DNA of 64,000 nucleotides. It comes from Elusimicrobia bacterium GWD2_63_28 (GTDB lineage Bacteria > Elusimicrobiota > Elusimicrobia > Elusimicrobiales > UBA9959). How positions within the stretch are numbered: position 1 is the stretch's first letter; each line of letters starts with the position of its first letter. Under the pieces are notes generated by a model. The model made no database searches. It had not been told where the DNA came from and was given only the letters and a program-made list of their open reading frames with translations. The position numbers and the translations under genes were made by a program. Where the stretch lies: contig MGUI01000044.1 of the NCBI GenBank assembly GCA_001799895.1, positions 55,483-119,482 of the forward strand. Reading direction: 5' to 3'. Positions 46,701 through 54,400 of this stretch are shown here, one piece after another.

Positions 46701-46870
46701 AAAATATAGAAGCTCCGTACTGCGATATGGTGTATCGTAAAAAATTAACGGCGCCGTGGCAAGGGCGATCTGCTTAAAGGCGTATAAGGTAAATTAATAG
46801 CCGGAGGGTTTGAATCCCCGCTGAAATTTAATAGAATAGAAGCAAGAACCTGCAGAGGGGAGGCAGTTAA

Positions 46871-49800
46871 ATGAAACGCTTGATTTTTGTAGCCGTGTTT
46901 TTCGCCATGGCGGCGGTCTCGTCCGCCTATGAGAAAATAGAGTTCAAGAGCCTGATAACCAACCCGGCTTTCCAGAAACCGTCCGCGCTGGCCGTGGCGG
47001 GGGGCAAACTGTTCGTGGCCGACGCCAAGGTCAACGCCGTTTTCGTCTTCGACCTGGAGGGCAAGTTCCTCAAGAAGATAGAGGGCGCGCTGAAGGCCCC
47101 CGAAGCCGTGGCCGTGGGCGGCGGCAAACTCTACGTGGCCGACACCGGCAACTCCCGCGTGGCCGTTTTCGACGAGGAAGGGAAAATGCTCTGGGCCTTC
47201 TCCAGCCCGGGCGACGCCCCCGGCCAGGTGAAGGGCCCCAGGGGCATAGCTTACGGCCCCGACAACAGGGTCTACCTTGCCAACACCGGCGGCTCCAGGG
47301 TGGAAGTCTTCAACTCGGACGGCATCTACCTCTACGGCTTTCCCGTAGCCAAGCAGGACGGCGTTACCAAGCTCAAGCCCGTCAAACTCTCCCTGAGCCG
47401 CGCCGGGGATATACTGGTTTCCGACCCGGAAAAGGCCGTGCTGCAGCGCTACGACCGCACCGGCAAGCTGCTCAAAGAGTATTCCATGCCCAACGACGGC
47501 GCCGCTTTTGACCGTTACGGCTACAAGTTCGCCATCAACTCCAAGGACGGCAAGATCATGGAGATCTCCGAGGCCGGCGAGAAGATAGGTACTTTCGGCA
47601 CCAGGGGCAAGGGCAAGAGCGAGTTCCGCAAGCTGCGCGACATCGCCATAGACAGGGACGGGAACATTTACCTCTGCGACGAGGAAAATAAGAAGGTGGT
47701 GGTGATAAAGGTCACTACCGCCTATTCCGGCCCCCGGCTGACCGAGGCCGACATCCTGGACCGCTTTATGGTCAAGGGCCCCACCGCCAAGTTCCCCTAC
47801 AAGACCGACGTTTTCGCCGTAACCCCCGGGGGTGCCCTCGTGGCCTGGCTGCCGGAAGCCAAGGAACTGGCCCTCCTGGAAAAAGACACCAAGAAAACCC
47901 TGGTCAGGGAAGGCAAGCTGCAGGGGCAGCTGCGCGCCCCCAAAAGCCTGCTGGTGGACGCCAAGGGCCTGATCTACGCGGCCGATACCGGCAACGACAG
48001 GATACAGATCTTCAACCCCGACGGCACCTACAATAACATGTTCGGCGAGAGCGGCTCCGGCGAGGGGCAGTTCCGCGCGCCGTCCGGAGTGGCCGTGAAC
48101 TCCATGGGGAATATTTACGTGGCCGATACCAAGAACAAGAAGATCAAGGCCTTCAGCGCCGACGGCATGTTCATGTTCGCGGTGGGCCCCGAGCTGGGCA
48201 ACGTGCTGCTCGCCAGCCCGGTCTCCATAGCCTGCGACGAGAACAAGAACGTCTATATCCTGGACTCGGTGCTCAAGAAAGTGGTGGTCACCGACGCGAT
48301 GGGCAAGTTCCTGCGCCTCTGGGACGACTCGGGCAGCCTGCAGGACCCGGCCTCGCTGGTTTACGACGGCAAGGGCTTCTTCTATATCCTGGACCGCGGC
48401 ACCTTCAACGTCAAGATCTTCGACGCCGCCGGCAAATTCACCGCCAGCTTCTTCGCCCGCGGCCGCAGCGAGCGCGAACTGTGGTCCCCGCAGGACCTGG
48501 CCTTCAGCGCCGACAAGATCTACGTTTCGGACAAGGAGACCTCCCGCCTGGTGGCTTTCGACGTGAGCTACCTGCCGGAGCAGCCCTTTGAGCTGTCCGC
48601 CGAAGCGGGCAAGAAAAGCGTGAAGCTGGCCTGGCAGGCCAAGGACAACGCCTGGACCCGCGGCTTCAAGGTTTTCCGCGCCTCCGGCTCCGACGACATG
48701 GAAGAGGCCGGCGCGGCCAAGGGCAAGGCTTTCGAGGATACCGCGCTCAAGCCCGACACGACCTACTATTATTACACGGCCGCCCTTTCGGTGAGCGGCC
48801 AGCAGGGCGGCCTCTCCCGGCCGGCGGAGGTCTATTTCAAGGGGGCCGACGCACCCGCTCCCGTCGCCGCGCCCGAGCCTGCGGCCGCGGCCGCCGAGGG
48901 CCCGCGCAAGAACGCGGCGCCGCTTGAGATCATCGCGCCGAAGCTGGATTACATCTTCTCGGCCAACTACAAGCAGCACAGCCCGCTGTCCGAGAAGAAG
49001 AAGCCCATCGGCGTCGTGACGGTGCAGAACAATACCGACAGCGACTTCTCGGGCGTCATGCTCTCCTTCTTCTCGAGCGAGATCATGGAATCCGCCAGCA
49101 GCAATGAAGTCGGGGACGTTAAGGCCGGCTCCAAGGTGGAAGTGCCGGTCTACGCCACCTTCAGCAACCGCGTGCTCAATATCACCGAGGACACTCCGAT
49201 ACAGTGCAAGATGACGCTGACCTATTACAAGGACGGCGAGGAAAAGACCTACACGATGAACAAGCCGATGAAGATCCTGTCCAGGGACGCCATCGTGTGG
49301 GACAACACGGCGCGCCTGGCCAACTTCATAACGGTCAAGGACACCCCCGTGGTGGAATTCAAGGCTTTCGCCCAGGGCGAAAAGAAGAACATCGGCGACG
49401 CCGGCGACAACGTCAGCGAGAAACTGCTGACGGGCCTGCTGATCTGGGAAGCGCTGGGCGACCACGGCGTCGGCTACCAGGCCGACCCCGTCAACTCCTA
49501 CGCCGCCGTCAAGTCCACGCAGAACCTGATGCTGGACACCGTGCAGTTCCCGCGCAAGACGCTCAAGCTCAAGAGCGGCGACTGCGACGACCTGACCGCG
49601 CTGTTCGCCACGCTCTACGAGGGTTCCGGCCTGCATACGGCGCTGCTGGATTACCCCGGCCACATCGCCCTGATGTTCGACACCGGCGAGACCGACGCCA
49701 ACGCGGTCGGCCTGCCCGAGGAATCGCTGATAAAGTACAACAACACCCTGTGGGTGGGCGTCGAGGTCACCATGGTGGGCAAGAGCTTCTACGACGCCAT

Positions 49801-50368
49801 CGTCTACGAGGCGGACATGTACCGCAAGTCGGCGGCGGACGTGAAGGTGATAGACGTGCGCTCGGCGAGGGACGAATTCGAGCCGGTCACGCTGCCGGAT
49901 ACCGAAACGGACAAGTACGCGTCAGCCGGCCTGACGGATCGCGTAAAGGAGGCCATCACAGCTCTGACGGCCGCCCGCTACGATCACCTCAAGGAGTACT
50001 ACGGCAATATCCTGCGGGAGACCCCCGACGACATAGAGGCCAACCTGACGCTGGGCATCTACCACGCGGAGTACAAGGCTTACGGCGAGGCGTCCGGCTG
50101 CTTCGGGAAGGTGCTGGCCAAGGAGCCTTTTAACGCGGCCGCCCTGAACAACATGGGCAACCTGCGCTTTGCCGAGGGCAAGTTCGAAGAGGCAAAAGAC
50201 TTCTACTTCAAGTCCACCAAGGCCGACCCGTTCGACGGCAGCGTCTGGCTGAACCTGGCCAGGGTGTCCGCGAAGCTGGGCAAGAAGGACGACGTTAAGA
50301 TGTTCGCGGAGAAGGCCGTCAAGATCGAAGAGGGGCTGGGCGATATCGCAAAGATGCTGTCCAAGTAG
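46871..50368 (+). CDS. Large secreted multidomain protein: about 12 NHL repeats, FN3-like domain, transglutaminase-like cysteine protease core, C-terminal TPR
   Basis: Signal peptide present. The recurrent pattern P.G[IV]A[VY]...G.[IL]YV[AS]D..N.R[IV]..F fills aa 30-560. The FN3-like segment is LSAEAGKKSVKLAWQ...YYYYTAAL. The transglutaminase-like core is SGDCDDLTALFATLYEGSGLHTALLDYPGHIALMF. The TPR-like tail is FNAAALNNMGNLRFAEGKFEEAKDFY. Confidence 0.7.
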   Translation: MKRLIFVAVFFAMAAVSSAYEKIEFKSLITNPAFQKPSALAVAGGKLFVADAKVNAVFVFDLEGKFLKKIEGALKAPEAVAVGGGKLYVADTGNSRVAVFDEEGKMLWAFSSPGDAPGQVKGPRGIAYGPDNRVYLANTGGSRVEVFNSDGIYLYGFPVAKQDGVTKLKPVKLSLSRAGDILVSDPEKAVLQRYDRTGKLLKEYSMPNDGAAFDRYGYKFAINSKDGKIMEISEAGEKIGTFGTRGKGKSEFRKLRDIAIDRDGNIYLCDEENKKVVVIKVTTAYSGPRLTEADILDRFMVKGPTAKFPYKTDVFAVTPGGALVAWLPEAKELALLEKDTKKTLVREGKLQGQLRAPKSLLVDAKGLIYAADTGNDRIQIFNPDGTYNNMFGESGSGEGQFRAPSGVAVNSMGNIYVADTKNKKIKAFSADGMFMFAVGPELGNVLLASPVSIACDENKNVYILDSVLKKVVVTDAMGKFLRLWDDSGSLQDPASLVYDGKGFFYILDRGTFNVKIFDAAGKFTASFFARGRSERELWSPQDLAFSADKIYVSDKETSRLVAFDVSYLPEQPFELSAEAGKKSVKLAWQAKDNAWTRGFKVFRASGSDDMEEAGAAKGKAFEDTALKPDTTYYYYTAALSVSGQQGGLSRPAEVYFKGADAPAPVAAPEPAAAAAEGPRKNAAPLEIIAPKLDYIFSANYKQHSPLSEKKKPIGVVTVQNNTDSDFSGVMLSFFSSEIMESASSNEVGDVKAGSKVEVPVYATFSNRVLNITEDTPIQCKMTLTYYKDGEEKTYTMNKPMKILSRDAIVWDNTARLANFITVKDTPVVEFKAFAQGEKKNIGDAGDNVSEKLLTGLLIWEALGDHGVGYQADPVNSYAAVKSTQNLMLDTVQFPRKTLKLKSGDCDDLTALFATLYEGSGLHTALLDYPGHIALMFDTGETDANAVGLPEESLIKYNNTLWVGVEVTMVGKSFYDAIVYEADMYRKSAADVKVIDVRSARDEFEPVTLPDTETDKYASAGLTDRVKEAITALTAARYDHLKEYYGNILRETPDDIEANLTLGIYHAEYKAYGEASGCFGKVLAKEPFNAAALNNMGNLRFAEGKFEEAKDFYFKSTKADPFDGSVWLNLARVSAKLGKKDDVKMFAEKAVKIEEGLGDIAKMLSK

Positions 50369-50386
50369 GGGTACGGAGGTTACTTT

Positions 50387-50866
50387 ATGAAAAAAATATT
50401 GATCGCGCTGACGCTGATGTTCGCCGTGGGCACGCTGCACGCCGAAGAGGGCAAGAACTGGAAGGCCTGGTATAACAGCATGCTCAAGGGCCTCAAGACC
50501 AAGATGTCCAAGGGGCTTGAATCCAAGACCCGCGTTTCCGCCGTGGCCGCCGTGCGCGGCGCCAAGCAGGGGACGGACGCCAACGCCCTCTACTGGAAGG
50601 GCGGCGTTTCCGAGAAGGCCGAGAAGAAACTGGCTGAAGAGAAGAAGCAGCTGACCGAGGCCGTGGAACTGGTCGTGGGCGGCGACACCGAAGGCGGCCG
50701 CGCCGCGCTCAAGAAATTCCTGAAGGATAACCCGGAGAGCTTCTTCGCGCAGGACGCCAAAGAGGCGCTGGCCAACCTGCCGGCTCCCGAGGCCAAGCCC
50801 GAAGAGACGAAGCCGGCCGAAGGCGCCAAGGCTGAAACTACCGCCTCAGAAAAGTCCGGCGAGTAG
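50387..50866 (+). CDS. Small secreted Lys/Glu/Ala-rich protein
   Basis: GGAGG RBS and signal peptide (LMFAVGTLHA). It starts 18 bp downstream of the NHL gene. Confidence 0.5.
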   Translation: MKKILIALTLMFAVGTLHAEEGKNWKAWYNSMLKGLKTKMSKGLESKTRVSAVAAVRGAKQGTDANALYWKGGVSEKAEKKLAEEKKQLTEAVELVVGGDTEGGRAALKKFLKDNPESFFAQDAKEALANLPAPEAKPEETKPAEGAKAETTASEKSGE

Positions 50867-50883
50867 CGCGGAACGCAGGCAAT

Positions 50884-50915
50884 AAAAAACCCCGCCATCC
50901 GGCGGGGTTTTTTTT
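50884..50915 (+). terminator. Intrinsic terminator
   Basis: CCCCGCC-ATCC-GGCGGGG followed by eight T. Confidence 0.85.
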
Positions 50916-50918
50916 ATA

Positions 50919-51004
50919 GGGGACGTTGTTGAGTTGTTGAGTTTTTACTGGACAAGCCAAAGGGCAGGCAGACTAGGAAAACTCAACAACTCAACAACGT
51001 CCCC
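50919..51004. repeat. Perfect 27-bp inverted repeat with 32-nt spacer
   Basis: GGGGACGTTGTTGAGTTGTTGAGTTTT (50919-50945) and AAAACTCAACAACTCAACAACGTCCCC (50978-51004) are exact reverse complements. Each arm contains an internal GTTGAGTTGTTGAG tandem. Confidence 0.9.
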
Positions 51005-51010
51005 ATTGCT

Positions 51011-51919
51011 TTAGTCGTCCGGGGTTTCATCCGCCGCGGGAGGTTCCGCAGGGGCGGGGGGCTGCTGCTGCGCGGCCGGCTGTTCGGCCGGCAGGGGCTG
51101 GCCTGGCGCGGGCCAGGCCTGGTCGGGCGTTCCCGGGGCGATGGCCGGCACGGGCTCCGTCCTGACCCCTTCCGGGGTCTCGCCGGGCAGCCAGGTCCTG
51201 TCAGGCTGCAGCGGGGGGCCGGAGAGCGCGGGCTTTTTCTCCTCCGGCTCGGCGGGCTTGGGGGGCAGCTCGCCGGCCGCGCCCGCCGCCTTCAGCCTGG
51301 AATATACGTCGGTGGCCGAGCGCCACAGCATCTGCTTGAGCAGGCCGCGCTCGCGAGAACCCGGCGAGAAGAAGGGGTAGAGCGGGGCCATCAGCAGGTG
51401 GAAGGTGGTCTTGTTGCGCGCCTCGGTCTCCACGCGCACCGGCCCGCCTGAGGCGGCGAAATCCGCGGTCAGGTAATAGTTCACCCGGAGCGAGGCGGGC
51501 AGCAGGAAGATAAAACCGGTGTCCACCAGGAAGGAGCGGAACAGGTCGCTGTAGGTCCACCGGCCGAAGCTGGTCAGCTCCAGGCGCAGCGTGCCGCGGC
51601 CGCGCGCTTTGTCGTAGAGGCCGGCTTCGGCGAAGATTCCCCTGGCCCGGCGGGCGAAGGCTTCCGCCTCCTCCGCGTCCACCGGCACGGGCTTGATCTT
51701 TTTCGGGTTGGTGAGGGAGCCTTCGCCGATGGAATCCGTGGGCGCCCGGTAGGGGTAATTCTGCCAGTAGACCTCTATGGCGGAAAAGGGGACCAGGGTC
51801 TTGTCTTCGAACATGGCGCTCGCGGTCTCCCGCTCGACCCTGACGTCGCCCGAATTGAAGGAGGCGCAGCCGCAAAGGCCCGCCGCGGCTAGGAGAAGTA
51901 AAAGTTTATGTTTTGTCAT
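51011..51919 (-). CDS. Lipoprotein of unknown function with Pro-rich C-terminal tail
   Basis: The lipobox is LAAAGLCGCAS. The C-terminal 90 aa are Pro/Ala/Glu-rich. Confidence 0.6.
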   Translation of the reverse strand: MTKHKLLLLLAAAGLCGCASFNSGDVRVERETASAMFEDKTLVPFSAIEVYWQNYPYRAPTDSIGEGSLTNPKKIKPVPVDAEEAEAFARRARGIFAEAGLYDKARGRGTLRLELTSFGRWTYSDLFRSFLVDTGFIFLLPASLRVNYYLTADFAASGGPVRVETEARNKTTFHLLMAPLYPFFSPGSRERGLLKQMLWRSATDVYSRLKAAGAAGELPPKPAEPEEKKPALSGPPLQPDRTWLPGETPEGVRTEPVPAIAPGTPDQAWPAPGQPLPAEQPAAQQQPPAPAEPPAADETPDD

Positions 51920-51988
51920 CGTTTAGGCCCGGGGCGTACTGACCGCCGTCATTATGAAAAGCACCTTATTTTTACTATATTATATTAT

Positions 51989-53185
51989 ATGGCGCTGAAA
52001 AAAATCGAAAAGATAATTAAAACCGAGGGCAAGCCCGACATCATCATAAGGCTGGCCAAGGTTCCCGACATGCGCCGCATACAGATGCTGTACGCGGAAG
52101 TGTACGGCGCCGCCTACCCGATACCGATCATCGCCGACAAAGACAAGATGCGCAGCGCCATCGAGAACGACGAGTATTACTGGCTGGTGGCCGAATGCCA
52201 GAGCCGCGTGATAGGCAGCCTGGTCTATTCGGTGGACCTGCTGTACCGCAACTCCAAGGCCTTCGGCGCCGTGGTCAGCCAGGAGTTCCGCAAGCACGAC
52301 CTCGCCTTCACCATGATGAAGCTGGTGCTCGACGACATCACGCAGACCAAGGACCTGGTGGACCTGGTCTACGCCACCACCCGCACCGCCAACCACGCCC
52401 CGCAGAAGCTGACCGAGAGCCTGGGCTTCATCAAGCTGGGCATCTTCCCCAACACGCACAAGGTGCAGGACAACGAGACGCATTGCCTGACCGCCTATTT
52501 CACCGAGCGCGCCCTGCAGCGCCGCCGCACCACGCCCGTCATCATCCCCGAGATAGCGCCGTTCTACGAGATCGTCCGCCGCCAGATCAAGCTGGAGCCG
52601 GCGCAGCTCAGCGACGTCAAGCGCGACTACAGCGACCACAAGACCAAGATCCCGCTCTTGAACTTCGAGACCATCACCGCGACGGAGTTCATCAAGCACC
52701 GCTGGAAGAAGACGAAGAGCAACAGCTTCTTCGAGAATATCTTCATGCCTTTCCACGAGCCCAACCTGATCCTGATCACTCCGGACCAGGGCACCGAGGT
52801 GTACATTACCTACAGCCAGAAGGACAAGTACAGCGTGATCGTGGGCGGCGTGACCAACGAGAAAAGCTTCGCCGTGGTGCTCGAGAGCGTGGCGCAGAAG
52901 GTCAGCCAGATGGACATGAGCTACGTGGAGGTCATCATAGACGCCTACTCCCCGGAGCTGCAGCGCGACGCGCTGGACGCCCGCTTTATCCCCAGCGCCT
53001 ACTTCCCCAGCGCCAAGCGCATGGAAGACAAGCGCTACGACTGCGTGGTCTTCTCGCGCACGTTCGACATCCTGGACTTCCGCAACGTCAGGATCATCTC
53101 GCTCTACAAGAACTTCCTTAACGAGTACCTGAAGCTCTGGCGCGAGAATTACATAGAGCTGGTTTTCGACTCGGAACAGAAATAG
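51989..53185 (+). CDS. GNAT-family acyltransferase N-domain with uncharacterised C-terminal domain
   Basis: The GNAT-like core is WLVAECQSRVIGSLVY...FGAVVSQEFRKHDLAFTMMKLVL...A.KLTESLGFIKLG. The ATG at 51989 follows an AT-rich promoter-like tract; the track start at 51908 overlaps the divergent gene. Confidence 0.6.
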   Translation: MALKKIEKIIKTEGKPDIIIRLAKVPDMRRIQMLYAEVYGAAYPIPIIADKDKMRSAIENDEYYWLVAECQSRVIGSLVYSVDLLYRNSKAFGAVVSQEFRKHDLAFTMMKLVLDDITQTKDLVDLVYATTRTANHAPQKLTESLGFIKLGIFPNTHKVQDNETHCLTAYFTERALQRRRTTPVIIPEIAPFYEIVRRQIKLEPAQLSDVKRDYSDHKTKIPLLNFETITATEFIKHRWKKTKSNSFFENIFMPFHEPNLILITPDQGTEVYITYSQKDKYSVIVGGVTNEKSFAVVLESVAQKVSQMDMSYVEVIIDAYSPELQRDALDARFIPSAYFPSAKRMEDKRYDCVVFSRTFDILDFRNVRIISLYKNFLNEYLKLWRENYIELVFDSEQK

Positions 53186-53193
53186 GGGGACCC

Positions 53194-54363
53194 GTGGCCG
53201 ATCTTTCCGCAGAGGACAAGCTGCCGCCTTTCCATAAGCCGCTCAAAAGCCGCGCCGCCATGGACGCGCTGTTCGAAACGCCGGCTTTCGATTATTCGCC
53301 CCGTACCTCAAAGGCCTTCCTGGCCGCGATGCGCGCCGCGCTGGACTTCCAGGGCCGCCGCGCTCCGGTGCTGAAGGCGCTCTACAGGGCCGAGGGCTTC
53401 TCTCCGGCGTCGGTGCGGACCGAGGCCGACATCCCCAAGATCCCCTATATTTTCGTCGCGGCCCTCAAAGAGCGCGACCTGACCACGCTGCCATATTCCA
53501 AAATAGCCCTGGAGCTGAAGTCCAGCGGCACGTCGGGCCAGCGCTCGCGCATGCAGCTGGACCGCGGCTCGCTGATGCGCGTGAGGCGCATGGCCTGGAG
53601 GGTCTTCGAGGGCCTGGGCCTGACGGACCTGGAGCGGGCGCACGACTATATCTGCTTTACCTACGACCCGGAGGTCGCCAAAGACCTGGGCACCGCCTGG
53701 ACCGACAAGCTGCTGACCGGCTTCACGGCGAAGGGGGAGATCTTCTACACCTTCCGCTGGAGCAAGGCCAAGAACGATTTCTACTTCGACATAGACGGCG
53801 CGGTGCTGGCGCTGAAAAAGTTCGAGGCTTCCGGCAGCCTGGTGCGGCTGGTCGGCTTTCCCGCCTTCGCGCTGAAGCTTACCGAGGAGTTCAAGAAGCG
53901 CTACGGCCGCTACCCCGCGCTGAACCCGGGCTCCTCCGTGGTCACCGGCGGCGGGTGGAAGACGCTGTCGGACGAGGCGATGGACAAGAAGGTCTACCGC
54001 AAGATCCTGGCCGACAGCCTCGGCGTCCCGGCCGGCAACGTGCGCGACCTGTTCGGCATGGTGGAGCACGGCGTGCCTTACGTGGACTGCCGGCTCGGCA
54101 ACTTCCATATCCCCAATTACGGCCGCGTCATCGCGCGCCACCCCGGGACGCTTGCGCCGCTCGGCTTCAACAAGGCCGGGCTGCTGCAGTTCATCACCCC
54201 GTACCTGGCCAGCTACCCGTCGCTGTCGGTGCTGTCCTCGGATTTCGGCCTGGTGCGAAAGCGCTGCTCCTGCGGGCTGAAGGGCCCCGTGCTGGAGATA
54301 AAGGGCCGCGCCGGAGTAACCAAGCTTAAAGGCTGCGCCATCTCGGCCGCCACCATGCTGTGA
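53194..54363 (+). CDS. LuxE-like acyl-protein synthetase (adenylate-forming)
   Basis: Motifs LKSSGTSGQRSRM, VVTGGGWK and DLFGMVEHG. The length and N-terminal helical region resemble LuxE family members. GTG start. Confidence 0.7.
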   Translation: MADLSAEDKLPPFHKPLKSRAAMDALFETPAFDYSPRTSKAFLAAMRAALDFQGRRAPVLKALYRAEGFSPASVRTEADIPKIPYIFVAALKERDLTTLPYSKIALELKSSGTSGQRSRMQLDRGSLMRVRRMAWRVFEGLGLTDLERAHDYICFTYDPEVAKDLGTAWTDKLLTGFTAKGEIFYTFRWSKAKNDFYFDIDGAVLALKKFEASGSLVRLVGFPAFALKLTEEFKKRYGRYPALNPGSSVVTGGGWKTLSDEAMDKKVYRKILADSLGVPAGNVRDLFGMVEHGVPYVDCRLGNFHIPNYGRVIARHPGTLAPLGFNKAGLLQFITPYLASYPSLSVLSSDFGLVRKRCSCGLKGPVLEIKGRAGVTKLKGCAISAATML

Positions 54364-54400
54364 GGAGTCTATCGAGGCTTCGACTCGATAGGGAAGGCTC

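Noticed and set aside
46745-49663. 972-aa ORF on the minus strand
   Set aside because: It lies entirely antisense to the well-supported NHL/FN3 gene. Its composition (Gly/Ala/Val/Arg/Leu-rich, no motifs, no RBS context) is what stop-poor antisense frames of high-GC genes produce.
50919-51004. Long palindromes (here and at 31043-31119) as integron attC sites or IS200/IS605-type ends
   Set aside because: - The core motifs do not fit the RYYYAAC / GTTRRRY pattern.
- The arms are perfect rather than bulged.
- No integrase, TnpA/TnpB or cassette-like ORFs are in the window.

They are kept only as unexplained palindromes.
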